DNA of 64,000 nucleotides, taken from contig JAAYVC010000095.1 in assembly GCA_012517375.1 (NCBI GenBank), positions 7,061-71,060 on the forward strand, written 5' to 3'. A program made the translations under genes and the position numbers. Below are positions 8,797-18,333 of this stretch, in pieces (position 1 is the first letter of the stretch; every line of letters starts with the position of its first letter). Source of the stretch: a bacterium (GTDB taxonomy: Bacteria; Hydrothermota; Tepidihabitantia; B3-TA06). Below the pieces are notes generated by a model. The model saw nothing but the letters and a program-made list of their open reading frames with translations, was not told the origin of the DNA and searched no databases.

Positions 8797-9173
8797 AACT
8801 CTTGAGTTTTACGGAGCAGGGCATATGTCGCATGCGACTCGAGGGGCTTCCCGAACCGAAAGAGATTGAAGATCTTATTGAAGAATATGTCACTCAAGTC
8901 GAGCTTCTTCCTTACTCTCTTAAAATAATATACTTTGATATTTCCAATCTCACCCACATGGGCGCGAGGGCAAGACAAGTTTTTTCGGAACTGCTTACCC
9001 AAGCTTCAATGCATTACGGCGGAAAAGTCCAGCTTGTTGTTGCAGGGGGATCACTCAATCTCAGACGTTTCATAGAGCTTTTCTGCAAAGGGATTGGATT
9101 CGTAGACCACAGCCACTTCTTTGAAACATTGAAAGAAGCTGATGATTGGGTGGCTGAATTTCTTTCTTCCTGA
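8793..9173 (+). CDS. SpoIIAA-like / STAS-fold protein (paralogue 5), a likely phospho-substrate (anti-anti-sigma-like) of the preceding kinase/phosphatase.
   Basis: It overlaps the upstream gene by ATGA. It contains ...IIYFDISNLTHMGARARQVF..., a DLS-x-SSG-like phospho-site region with Thr. The C-terminus FFETLKEADDWV matches the paralogue family. Confidence 0.55.
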   Translation: MKLLSFTEQGICRMRLEGLPEPKEIEDLIEEYVTQVELLPYSLKIIYFDISNLTHMGARARQVFSELLTQASMHYGGKVQLVVAGGSLNLRRFIELFCKGIGFVDHSHFFETLKEADDWVAEFLSS

Positions 9174-9239
9174 AACCCGTACTTGACAAAACCAAATACA
9201 ACCGCATAATAAAATTATAAACTCGTCAAGGAGGAGTCT

Positions 9240-10451
9240 TTGAATAAAACATTTCTTTTTGTCCTGGTTTTATACGCATCAACAGCGTTGATTGCAGGTG
9301 ATTCGCTAAATGTAAAGACAATTGGAAGCTACGAGTCCTCTACCCTTGCAAAATACATAACGATATCCGGGGATTATGCATATCTGTCGTGCTTTGATAT
9401 GGCGTTAAAAATCATTGATGTATCCGACAGAACCAATCCCATTGAAGTCAGCCATTATCAAACAACAGACTTCTACAATCCTAACGGAATCCACGTTTCA
9501 GGAACAAATGCCTTTCTTGCGTACGGTTTTGACAATGACAGTACAGGTATGGCTGTCGTAGATATCTCCAATGAATCCGGTCCGTTTGAAATCAGTTATA
9601 CACCAACCGAACTCAGGGCGCATGACGTTTATGTTTCCGGTTCGTACGCCTATGTTCCTGAGTGCCTGGGGCTTTGTATTTATGATATCTCTTCTCCATC
9701 AACACCGGATTCGATTGGATACTGCGAAATATCACTCTTATCCCATCCTCAATGCGTATTTGTTTCAGGTAATTATGCATACGTGGGCGGGACAAAAACC
9801 TTGAAGATAATCAATATAACCGATCCACACAAGCCCTTCGAATCAGGCTCCTGCACTGTGGAACCTTACGTTTGGGGCGTTTTCGTATCAGGTAACTACG
9901 CCTGCCTTGCGGCAGACATCTCAGGACTTAAGATACTGGACGTATCTGATCCCTCAAACCCCGCTGTTATCGGTTCGTACGACACACCTGGAAGCGCCAA
10001 TGCCGTTTACGTGTCCGGTTCTTATGCATACGTTGCGGATGACTTTGCTGGATTAAGAGTTATCGACATATCGACACCTACAACTCCACAAGAAGTGGGT
10101 TATTATGAGACCCCCAATATCGCTCTTGATGTCTATGCTTCTCATCCTTACGCTTATGTAACTTGCCAAAGCAAGGGTTTGCAAATATACGAATACGGAG
10201 AACTACCTGTATCGGTTAAGGAAACACAAGCGCAACAGCCGTGCATTTCCTGTTCTTTGAACAAACTAATCTATGATGTAGCTGAAAAGACGGATTTGAG
10301 AATATACGCTCCGAACGGTCGATTATTGTTTGTAACCCAGATATCCGGGAAAGGAGCAGTTGATTTTTCGAATAAGTTGGTAAGCGGTGTTTATTTCGCT
10401 CAACTAAGCGATGCTCCTGGGAACAGGGTTAAACTAGTTATCATGAATTGA
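9240..10451 (+). CDS. LVIVD-repeat secreted protein with a T9SS/Por-type C-terminal sorting domain.
   Basis: It has a signal peptide and TTG start. It carries 7 or more LVIVD-type repeats (VSGSYAYV...GL.I.DIS.P..P). The C-terminus is SGVYFAQLSDAPGNRVKLVIMN. Confidence 0.75.
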   Translation: MNKTFLFVLVLYASTALIAGDSLNVKTIGSYESSTLAKYITISGDYAYLSCFDMALKIIDVSDRTNPIEVSHYQTTDFYNPNGIHVSGTNAFLAYGFDNDSTGMAVVDISNESGPFEISYTPTELRAHDVYVSGSYAYVPECLGLCIYDISSPSTPDSIGYCEISLLSHPQCVFVSGNYAYVGGTKTLKIINITDPHKPFESGSCTVEPYVWGVFVSGNYACLAADISGLKILDVSDPSNPAVIGSYDTPGSANAVYVSGSYAYVADDFAGLRVIDISTPTTPQEVGYYETPNIALDVYASHPYAYVTCQSKGLQIYEYGELPVSVKETQAQQPCISCSLNKLIYDVAEKTDLRIYAPNGRLLFVTQISGKGAVDFSNKLVSGVYFAQLSDAPGNRVKLVIMN

Positions 10452-10474
10452 ATCTCTTATTAAGGTGTTTCTTA

Positions 10475-10515
10475 AAAGGAAGAAGCCGGTTGCCCGCTTC
10501 TTCCTTTTTATTATA
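10475..10515 (+). terminator. Rho-independent terminator.
   Basis: The sequence is AAAAGGAAGAAGCcggttgcccGCTTCTTCCTTTTTATTAT. Confidence 0.7.
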
Positions 10516-10544
10516 ATTGCCTTTGAACGAAAGGAGATGATTAA

Positions 10545-11597
10545 ATGAAATTGTTCGAGTTCGACACACTACCTGGTGTATATTCAATGACTACATTCCA
10601 TACCCTGGCACGAGAGGGAATCGAAGCTTTCAGCTTAGTTTCCCCTGAAACACCAATAATCAGCGTCGGCTATTTCCAGGACGCCAGCCTGGAGATTGAT
10701 TTGGACTACTGCGTGCAAAAAAATCTTCCTGTTTTCAGGCGCGAAATTGGAGGGGGAGGCGTATACCTTGATCGCAATCAGATATTCTATCACGTCATTC
10801 TTCGCCGCGACAACCCGTTGGCATCCCGAAGGATATCTGATCTATATGAGATGCTATCGATTCCACCGATAGAAACCTACAGGGAACTTGGAATAGAAAC
10901 AAAATTCCGGCCAGTTAATGATATTGTTACTTCCGACAGCGAGAGAAAGATATCGGGAGAAGGCGCAGGGGATATAGGTCCTTGCGTTGTTTTCGTCGGT
11001 TCTATAATGTTAGATTTTGATTATGATACAATGGCCCGAGTAATCAGAGTTCCTGATGAAAAATTCCGCGACAAAATTCACAAATCCATCAAGGATAATG
11101 TAACCACCGTTTTTAAAGAGACAGGCAAGCGACCTTCGAGACAAGAAATCCGCGAAATCCTCAAGAGAAAATTCTCAGCAATTCTTGGAAAATTCGAAGA
11201 AGCTGAGTTAACCAACGAGTTGATTGAACAACGCAAAGATATAACTTCGAAGATGATGGATCCGCAATTCGTTTTCAAACGCACAATGAAGAAACCTGGA
11301 GAACTTCGAATTCGCTCGGGCGTCGAGTACATCTTGGGAATCCACAAGGCCCCTGGCGGACTAATAAGAACGGCATCTGAAATCAAAAACAGCAGACTTG
11401 TTGATGTGTCCATATCCGGAGATTTCACGCTTCTACCCATTCAAGGCCTGCCTAAAATTGAGAACAGCCTTTCAGGCGTCGAACGCACTAAAGGTGAAGT
11501 CGCAAACAGGATAGAACGCGTAATCTCTGATGAAGAATTACAGGTCCCCGGAGTCTCAATCGAAGATTTTCTGCTGGCTCTGAAGATTGAAGAATAG
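10545..11597 (+). CDS. lplA: Lipoate-protein ligase A.
   Basis: The protein is 350 aa. It has the RREIGGGGVYLDRNQIFYH motif of the biotin/lipoate A/B ligase family. The length fits LplA. Confidence 0.75.
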   Translation: MKLFEFDTLPGVYSMTTFHTLAREGIEAFSLVSPETPIISVGYFQDASLEIDLDYCVQKNLPVFRREIGGGGVYLDRNQIFYHVILRRDNPLASRRISDLYEMLSIPPIETYRELGIETKFRPVNDIVTSDSERKISGEGAGDIGPCVVFVGSIMLDFDYDTMARVIRVPDEKFRDKIHKSIKDNVTTVFKETGKRPSRQEIREILKRKFSAILGKFEEAELTNELIEQRKDITSKMMDPQFVFKRTMKKPGELRIRSGVEYILGIHKAPGGLIRTASEIKNSRLVDVSISGDFTLLPIQGLPKIENSLSGVERTKGEVANRIERVISDEELQVPGVSIEDFLLALKIEE

Positions 11598-11705
11598 TTC
11601 AGCATTCGATCATTAATAATCTCTACAAACCTGAAGATAAGGTATTGACAACTAATAGTTATTTCTTATATTTCACTTTGAGAAAAATCCAACCAGGAGG
11701 AATGC

Positions 11706-12149
11706 ATGATTCATTCTAAAACAAGCCGCATAGTTCTATTGCTTGCTACCGTTCTCTTTTTTGCATTCATAAGCTGCAAAAAAGAAGACCCCCTTAAGGA
11801 AGGAGACTTAGTCTTCTGCCAGGATGATCCTGGCGAAGGTAATTTCTGGGAACCTGCGAAAGTGGTAAAGGTAGAAAATGAAACGGTGACAATAGCCTGG
11901 GATGATACCTTTATGAAAGACGGTCCTGAAGCTCAGAAAAGCATAAGTGAGGTAGTAAAACGCCAACAGGCCGATCCTAAGAAGGTTAAAGAGAACATGG
12001 CTATTATAATCCACCCGCCAGTATTTCTATATCCGTATAAAGGGATTATTGAGAAAGTCATGGGCGACCGCTATATCGTCAGATACAAGTCGGGAAGTGT
12101 TGAAAGGCACGACACAGTAGATATCACATCTCTCTATAAATACAAATAA
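11706..12149 (+). CDS. Hypothetical lipoprotein.
   Basis: It has a signal peptide with lipobox FISC. A TTGACA-N17-TATATT promoter sits at about 11644-11672. Confidence 0.5.
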   Translation: MIHSKTSRIVLLLATVLFFAFISCKKEDPLKEGDLVFCQDDPGEGNFWEPAKVVKVENETVTIAWDDTFMKDGPEAQKSISEVVKRQQADPKKVKENMAIIIHPPVFLYPYKGIIEKVMGDRYIVRYKSGSVERHDTVDITSLYKYK

Positions 12150-12166
12150 CCATTAAAGTCGTACCA

Positions 12167-12195
12167 CAAAGAGTCCCTTAAGGGACTCTTTCTTT
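12167..12195 (+). terminator. Rho-independent terminator.
   Basis: The sequence is AAAGAGTCCCttaaGGGACTCTTTcttttaa. Confidence 0.7.
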
Positions 12196-12328
12196 TAACA
12201 TGCAAAATTTATGCTTCTACGCAGTTCACCAAATAGTTGTTTTACGAGCGACTGAGAAACAAGAATGAGCTGTAAACACTTGACTCTTAACATTATACGA
12301 ATAGAATATAATTTACCGGAGGCAATAA

Positions 12329-12643
12329 ATGAATAATCAGGAATCTCAAATTCGTTTAGATGTGGAAATCAAACCTGAGCAAGCTGAAGGTGTCTATTCG
12401 AACCTCGTGCTTGTAGCCCACTCCTCTTCGGAGTTTATCTTGGATTTCGCCCGTATGCTTCCTGGATTGCCTAAAGCAAGGGTATTTTCAAGAATTGTGA
12501 TGTCTCCACAACATGTAGAACTCCTCCGCCGGACTTTAGAGGAAAACATAAAAAAATACGAGGCAAGATACGGTAAGATTGAAGTCAAGGATCAACCCGG
12601 AAGCTCTAAAGAAATGGGCTTCACTGCACCGCAACAGAAGTAA
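12329..12643 (+). CDS. Small hypothetical protein (DUF3467-like).
   Basis: The protein is 104 aa. The motif ...YSNLVLVAHSSSEFILDFARMLPG resembles the DUF3467 signature from memory. Confidence 0.45.
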   Translation: MNNQESQIRLDVEIKPEQAEGVYSNLVLVAHSSSEFILDFARMLPGLPKARVFSRIVMSPQHVELLRRTLEENIKKYEARYGKIEVKDQPGSSKEMGFTAPQQK

Positions 12644-12647
12644 CTCA

Positions 12648-13805
12648 ATGCGCTGGTTGGGAAAGCTGGCCGAACAAGAAAATGTAAAGTTATACCTGGT
12701 CGGCGGTGCAATCAGGGATAGATTGAATAAGGATAATACCTTAGACATAGATCTTGCGTGTGAAGGCAGTGTAAAGCATTTTGGGAAACGTCTTGCCAAA
12801 GAACTTGATGCAAAATTCATATACTACCCATCATTTCAGACGGGAACGATTGAATCCCTACAAGGCGCTAGAATAGACTTAGCTGCAACAAGGAAGGAAA
12901 CTTATCCCCGAAAAGGCGAACTACCTAAAGTCGAACATGCATCGATACATGAGGATATTTATCGTAGAGATTTCACAATAAACGCAATCGCCGAATCCCT
13001 AAACCCTGGTGAATACGGTAAGATTCTTGATCCCCTAAATGGAATTTCAGACATCAAAAAAAGATTAATCCGAGTGTTACACGACGAAAGCTTTGAGGAT
13101 GACCCGACCCGCATCTTCAGAGCCGTGCGTTATTCGGCAAGACTAAGATTCCGTATTGAACCCGAAACTTTTAATTTGTTAAAACGGTCGGTACCAAGAC
13201 TGATTAAGCTTTCTGGAGAACGGATTCTTTATGAGCTCAAATGTATTGCAAGAGAGGATAGCAAGGTACGCGTAAATACTATCAAACGATTAGAAGCGCT
13301 AGGCGCATTGAATTTTCTTGGCAAGCCTCTCAGGCCTCTCTCCCCTACTGAGTTGAACCGGATTTCTTCTGATGATTCATGCGCTTTTTTATGTTTTTTG
13401 CTTTCACATTTCGAAAATGCTTCTCTGTCAAAACTGCCCTTGAGCAAAAGATGCCTGAATACAATTGAAACCATATCCAAGATATATATATTGCAAACAG
13501 AACTAAAAAAACCTCGCAAACCTTCTCAGATTACTTCCGTCCTTAAGAAATATGATGAAAGAGGATTAGAGATAATTACCGTAACGAGCAAATTCAAAGT
13601 TTTCCAGAAAATAATAAGCTATCTTGAGAATTACAGCAAAATCAAAATAAAGACTACAGGAGAAGATCTCAAACGTCTTGGGATTAAACCTGGGCCAAAA
13701 TATGGTGAAATACTCGATTTAATTCTCAAAGCAAGACTTGACGGTTTAATAGAAGGGAAAAAAGAAGAAATAAGATATGCAAAGAAATTTCTCGAAGGAT
13801 GCTGA
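12648..13805 (+). CDS. tRNA nucleotidyltransferase / poly(A) polymerase family protein (CCA-adding-like head domain).
   Basis: I trimmed to MRWLGKLAEQENVKLYLVGGAIRDRLNK...DIDLA. The GG.RD and D.D nucleotidyltransferase motifs are present. Confidence 0.7.
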   Translation: MRWLGKLAEQENVKLYLVGGAIRDRLNKDNTLDIDLACEGSVKHFGKRLAKELDAKFIYYPSFQTGTIESLQGARIDLAATRKETYPRKGELPKVEHASIHEDIYRRDFTINAIAESLNPGEYGKILDPLNGISDIKKRLIRVLHDESFEDDPTRIFRAVRYSARLRFRIEPETFNLLKRSVPRLIKLSGERILYELKCIAREDSKVRVNTIKRLEALGALNFLGKPLRPLSPTELNRISSDDSCAFLCFLLSHFENASLSKLPLSKRCLNTIETISKIYILQTELKKPRKPSQITSVLKKYDERGLEIITVTSKFKVFQKIISYLENYSKIKIKTTGEDLKRLGIKPGPKYGEILDLILKARLDGLIEGKKEEIRYAKKFLEGC

Positions 13806-14461
13806 TGTTCTCAAGATTCGTTGATCCTTCATACTGGAAAGCTATATTGCTGGCCCTACCTGGAATGCTTATCGGACTGGTTTTTCATGAATTTTCCCAT
13901 GCATGGATGGCTAACAAAATGGGGGACCCCACACCAAGAGAATTCGGCAGATTAACCCTTAACCCGCTCCGCCATTTAGATATTATTGGAACCCTCGCCC
14001 TCGTTTTCCTGCGTTTCGGTTGGGCAAAGCCGGTGCCAATAAATCCGAATAATTTTAGAAATCCCCGTAGAGATATAATACTTGTCTCGCTTGCAGGACC
14101 AGGTTCAAATTTGATACTTGCTGTCTTCTTTGCTCTGCTATTTCGCTTGCTTAGTTACCTGATACCGATAGACACGCCTTTAGTAGCCTTATTCAAAGGC
14201 ATTGTGGGAATGACTGTACTTTACAATTTTCTTTTGGCTTTCTTTAATATCATCCCAATACCACCATTAGACGGTTCCCAGATTCTTTTCAGTTTACTGC
14301 CGTCGAGATTATCTAATGCCCTTCCGTGGCTGCAGCGCTACGGCTTTATAATCCTCTTACTCCTCCTTGCATTCGGCGTGCTATGGCCGGTAATAGGATT
14401 CCCCAGCGTGTTATTCACTACCCTTATTGCTGGTCCTGAAGCATTATTAGGGGGAATCTGA
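13799..14461 (+). CDS. Site-2 protease family membrane zinc metalloprotease (M50).
   Basis: It has the HEFSHAW HExxH motif in a transmembrane helix. It is a multi-pass membrane protein of about 220 aa. Confidence 0.75.
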   Translation: MLMFSRFVDPSYWKAILLALPGMLIGLVFHEFSHAWMANKMGDPTPREFGRLTLNPLRHLDIIGTLALVFLRFGWAKPVPINPNNFRNPRRDIILVSLAGPGSNLILAVFFALLFRLLSYLIPIDTPLVALFKGIVGMTVLYNFLLAFFNIIPIPPLDGSQILFSLLPSRLSNALPWLQRYGFIILLLLLAFGVLWPVIGFPSVLFTTLIAGPEALLGGI

Positions 14462-16866
14462 TGGCACGAGTAAAAACAGAAAAGAAATCTCCAAATCCAT
14501 CAAAGACAAATGGCGAAAAAACAAAAAATCAAAAAAACAAGAGAGATAATACTGATCCTATCATAGGTCTCCTTTTGATTCTTATTGCCGGCTTTGTAAC
14601 AATAAGCCTTATCAGCTTTGTTCCGAAAGGAACCGTTGATAATCCATTAAACTGGGGTGGCGTTCTTGGCTTCCTTCTCGCAAAAGCTCTTTACTCAGGG
14701 ATAGGAGTCGTTTCCTTTGTTATTCCCTTGCTGATTTTATTATGGGGAATAAATCGATTGCTGCGCAGACCTGCAAAAAAACTTTTACTGTCATCGTTAG
14801 TGCTTCTGGGTTTTTCTTTTTTTGTTGAAACAACACTGGGTTATTTTCATAACATACCGTTTTTTCCGGTAAGGACGCCCTCGGGCAAAATACTAGAATC
14901 TATGACGCTTGCCGGTAAACTAGGTTCTGCAGTATTTGATTACTTGGCAAACCTTGTAGGAAGACTGGGTCTTGGCTTCATTCTGGGATTTCTGCTGCTT
15001 ATTTCAGTTGTTCTGATATTTGACATCAATCTTCACAAACTCATTGTTAATGCAATTGAAAAGGCTAAGCGCATTTCTGAAGAAAATCGTCAGAAAAGAG
15101 CTATCATGGAAGCTACGCGGACGAAATCCGAATTCGAAGAAGAAGCGGAATTAACGCAACAGAAAGGTGAAAACGGAGAAAAAGAAACTACCGAAAAGAA
15201 TGATGAAAACAAGATAATAATCCCTACAGAGAGGATTGTGAGGCAGATTCCTGCGGAAATACCTGTAGAAGAACTTCATCTTGCAGAACTCCTGGACCCT
15301 GTAAACGAAGACTGGGATACCCTTCCGGATCATGAGGCTAAAGAAGGGGCAAAACTTCTTGTCAAAAGACTGGAGGAATTCGGGGTTACAGGCTCGGTAG
15401 GAGATATCATACCTGGACCTGTAATTACTCGATATGAGTTTCACCCTGCCCCGGGAATCAAGATATCTAAAATAATGGGACTCGCAGACGATCTTTCTCT
15501 ATCCTTGAAGGCAGAAAGAATAAGGATATTGCCGATTCCAGGGAAATCTGCCGTCGGGATAGAAATTCCCAACAGGAATCGAAAAAAAGTCGGGCTTCGC
15601 CTCGTTGTCGGCTCAAAGGATTTTCTTGATTCGCAGAGCCCTTTAACGATAGCGTTAGGAACAACAATAACCGGCGTACCGGAAGTTGCCGACCTTGCCG
15701 ATATCCCTCATCTATTAATTGCTGGCACTACAGGTTCGGGTAAATCAGTTTGTATTCACAGCCTGCTTACAAGCATGTTAATAAAATCAAGTCCAGCAGA
15801 TGTACGTTTCATGGCTATAGACCCAAAAAGGCTTGAACTGCCTGCCTATAATCCAATTCCTCACTTCATTCAGCCCGCTATTGTCGACCCCAGACAGGCA
15901 GCTAATAGTCTGGAGTTCGTAGTAAAGATCATGGAGGAAAGATACAAGGAGTTTTCTCGAGTAGGCGTCAGGGATATTGCAGGCTATAATGCTCAAACTA
16001 AGAACAAACGGCCTTATATAGTAGTCGTCGTGGACGAACTGGCCGATTTAATGCTTACTGCCCCTGCTGAAATAGAGCAACGTATTATTAGACTTGCACA
16101 AATGGCAAGAGCGGTCGGAATTCACCTGGTCTTAGCCACGCAAAGACCATCTGTAGATGTAATAACAGGACTGATAAAGGCAAACTTCCCTGGCCGAATT
16201 GCATTCCAGGTTGCCTCAAAAACAGACTCAAGAACGATTCTTGATATGAACGGAGCTGAAGCTCTTCTTGGCCGCGGAGACATGCTCTTTCTGCCCCCGG
16301 GTAAAGGCGAACCTGTAAGACTCCATGGGTCGTTCGTTTCAACAGGTGAAGCTGAAAGAATTGTTGATAAGCTCGCTGAATCGAGATTGAAATCCCTGCT
16401 TTCGACACAATTGGACGAAGAAAGGGCTTCAGAATTAGCCGAGGCCATCCTTTCCGCGGATCTCCTTGATCCCCTGCTCGATCCTTACGAACCTCTTTTC
16501 CAAACCAAACGGCAGCGCCTCGCAGAAATCATCTCTCCTGAGATACTCGCAGCCGTTGAGGGTCATTATTATCCTCCAATGGAAGAACTTGCTCCAATAA
16601 GAGAGCAGATGCAGCACACTGGTTCTATAGATGAAGTAGATGAATTCTTTGCGGAAGCGGCAAGACTCGTGATCAGGAATAAAGAAGCCTCGGTTTCGAT
16701 GCTGCAAAGACGTTTGAATGTGGGATGGGCAAGAGCTGGAAGAATAATCGATCAGCTTGAGCAAGCGACCATTGTCGGTCCTTATGAAGGCAGCAAATCC
16801 AGAAAGGTTCTGGTTCAGGATGAATCGGAACTTGAGAAAATCCTTAAGGGATTCGGGAATCTGTAG
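14461..16866 (+). CDS. ftsK: DNA translocase FtsK/SpoIIIE.
   Basis: It has N-terminal transmembrane helices and Walker A AGTTGSGKSV. It also has VVVVDELADLM, ATQRPSVDVITG, and a gamma winged-helix domain (QRRLNVGWARAGRIIDQLE). Confidence 0.95.
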   Translation: MARVKTEKKSPNPSKTNGEKTKNQKNKRDNTDPIIGLLLILIAGFVTISLISFVPKGTVDNPLNWGGVLGFLLAKALYSGIGVVSFVIPLLILLWGINRLLRRPAKKLLLSSLVLLGFSFFVETTLGYFHNIPFFPVRTPSGKILESMTLAGKLGSAVFDYLANLVGRLGLGFILGFLLLISVVLIFDINLHKLIVNAIEKAKRISEENRQKRAIMEATRTKSEFEEEAELTQQKGENGEKETTEKNDENKIIIPTERIVRQIPAEIPVEELHLAELLDPVNEDWDTLPDHEAKEGAKLLVKRLEEFGVTGSVGDIIPGPVITRYEFHPAPGIKISKIMGLADDLSLSLKAERIRILPIPGKSAVGIEIPNRNRKKVGLRLVVGSKDFLDSQSPLTIALGTTITGVPEVADLADIPHLLIAGTTGSGKSVCIHSLLTSMLIKSSPADVRFMAIDPKRLELPAYNPIPHFIQPAIVDPRQAANSLEFVVKIMEERYKEFSRVGVRDIAGYNAQTKNKRPYIVVVVDELADLMLTAPAEIEQRIIRLAQMARAVGIHLVLATQRPSVDVITGLIKANFPGRIAFQVASKTDSRTILDMNGAEALLGRGDMLFLPPGKGEPVRLHGSFVSTGEAERIVDKLAESRLKSLLSTQLDEERASELAEAILSADLLDPLLDPYEPLFQTKRQRLAEIISPEILAAVEGHYYPPMEELAPIREQMQHTGSIDEVDEFFAEAARLVIRNKEASVSMLQRRLNVGWARAGRIIDQLEQATIVGPYEGSKSRKVLVQDESELEKILKGFGNL

Positions 16867-16953
16867 AATTGACAATGTCTCTTGAAAACTTAAAATATTA
16901 CTATTCTTGGGGAAAATTTCGCTTAACACCTCGCCTTATTTAGGAGGAATAAA

Positions 16954-18333
16954 ATGATAACTTTTTTAAAAGAAATCTTAGCCCACGTTCCTTCAGATTA
17001 TGCCGAGTTGAGATACCATGACCGCCGCTTTAAGTCATTATCCGTAAGAAAAGGTGAGCCTGAAATTGCTCAATCTAATCATCTTACAGGCGTTGGTGTT
17101 CGTGTCCTTGACAGCGGCAGATGGGGTTTTTCTTCTTGTGCAGGCAGCGAAAGAACTGATATACTGAAGGCAGTTGAAAATTCTTTCACCGCTGCCAAGG
17201 TGTTGAATAAATCAAAAAAAGACCTTGCTCCAGCCAAACTAGCGAGAGGTGAATTCAGGCCAGTCATTAATGACCCCTTGGAGAACCACAGTCTTGAGGA
17301 GAAACTCGAAATAGTAAAAAAAGCAGAAGCTCTTTCAAGACGTTCAAAAAGCATAATTTCGGCTTCTAGCGGGTACGTTGAATTTATAGATAAGAAGGTT
17401 ATTGTTACTTCCGACGGAGCAGAAGCCTTAATAACGGATATCAAGCCTGAGTTCCGCTTAACCGTTGTTGCAGGCGAAGGCGCTAATATGGTCACGGCTT
17501 CAGAATCAATCGGAGTTACTGGAGGATGGAAGGAATTGTGGAGATTTCACAACTGGCAAGAGGTTGTAGAGAAAGCGGTTACAAGAGCTCAAAGGCTATT
17601 AAAGGCTGATTTCCCTAAAGGTGAAAAAACAAAGGTAATATTGAATCCAGAGCTTGTAGGGTTAATAGCCCATGAAGCAATAGGACATACAGTTGAAGCT
17701 GATTTTGTTCTTTCAGGTGCGGTTACAAAAGGGAAAATTGGGAAAAAGGTTGCAAGCGAATTGGTAACGCTGGCAGACACGGGTCCATCTCGATACGAGC
17801 CAGGAGCAGCAGGCACTCTAATTGTCGACGATGAAGGAGTCATTACCGAAAATACGGTCATTATCGAGAATGGTATACTTAAATCTTTTCTTCATAATCG
17901 CGAAAGCGCTGCAAGTTTCGGCGTCAATCCTACAGGCAACGCAAGAGCTTTTGAATACTCCGATGAACCTATCATCAGGATGAGAAACACTTACATTGAA
18001 CCTGGAAAAATAAGTTTGGAAGAACTCTTGGATTCTTCCGAAAAAGTGCTTCTGCTCGAAGGAGCTGGCAGTGGGCAAGCGGATGCAAATGCAGAGTTTA
18101 TGTTTGGAGTTCAGGAAGCGACGCTCATTGAAAAGGGCAAGAAGACCAAAACATTCAGAGGGGTTACGGTATCAGGAAATGCTTTTGAAGTTCTCCAATC
18201 CGTTGATGCGATATCTAAGGAATTTCGTTGGGCGCTCGGCTCAGGCTATTGCGGAAAGTTCCAGTCGGCTAAAGTCGACGCCGGAGGAGCATATGTCCGC
18301 TGCGAAGCAATAATTGGAGGCCGTCATGGATAA
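16954..18333 (+). CDS. tldD: Metalloprotease TldD.
   Basis: The protein is 459 aa. It has the HEAIGHTVEAD HExxxH motif typical of TldD. Confidence 0.9.
   Translation: MITFLKEILAHVPSDYAELRYHDRRFKSLSVRKGEPEIAQSNHLTGVGVRVLDSGRWGFSSCAGSERTDILKAVENSFTAAKVLNKSKKDLAPAKLARGEFRPVINDPLENHSLEEKLEIVKKAEALSRRSKSIISASSGYVEFIDKKVIVTSDGAEALITDIKPEFRLTVVAGEGANMVTASESIGVTGGWKELWRFHNWQEVVEKAVTRAQRLLKADFPKGEKTKVILNPELVGLIAHEAIGHTVEADFVLSGAVTKGKIGKKVASELVTLADTGPSRYEPGAAGTLIVDDEGVITENTVIIENGILKSFLHNRESAASFGVNPTGNARAFEYSDEPIIRMRNTYIEPGKISLEELLDSSEKVLLLEGAGSGQADANAEFMFGVQEATLIEKGKKTKTFRGVTVSGNAFEVLQSVDAISKEFRWALGSGYCGKFQSAKVDAGGAYVRCEAIIGGRHG

Noticed and set aside
12579-12647. The N-terminal 23 codons of the ORF-track CCA-family gene, which overlap the DUF3467-like gene.
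   Set aside because: The internal Met at 12648 (MRWLGKL…) immediately precedes the conserved nucleotidyltransferase head. It removes a 65-nt overlap with the 12329..12643 gene, so I trimmed the start.
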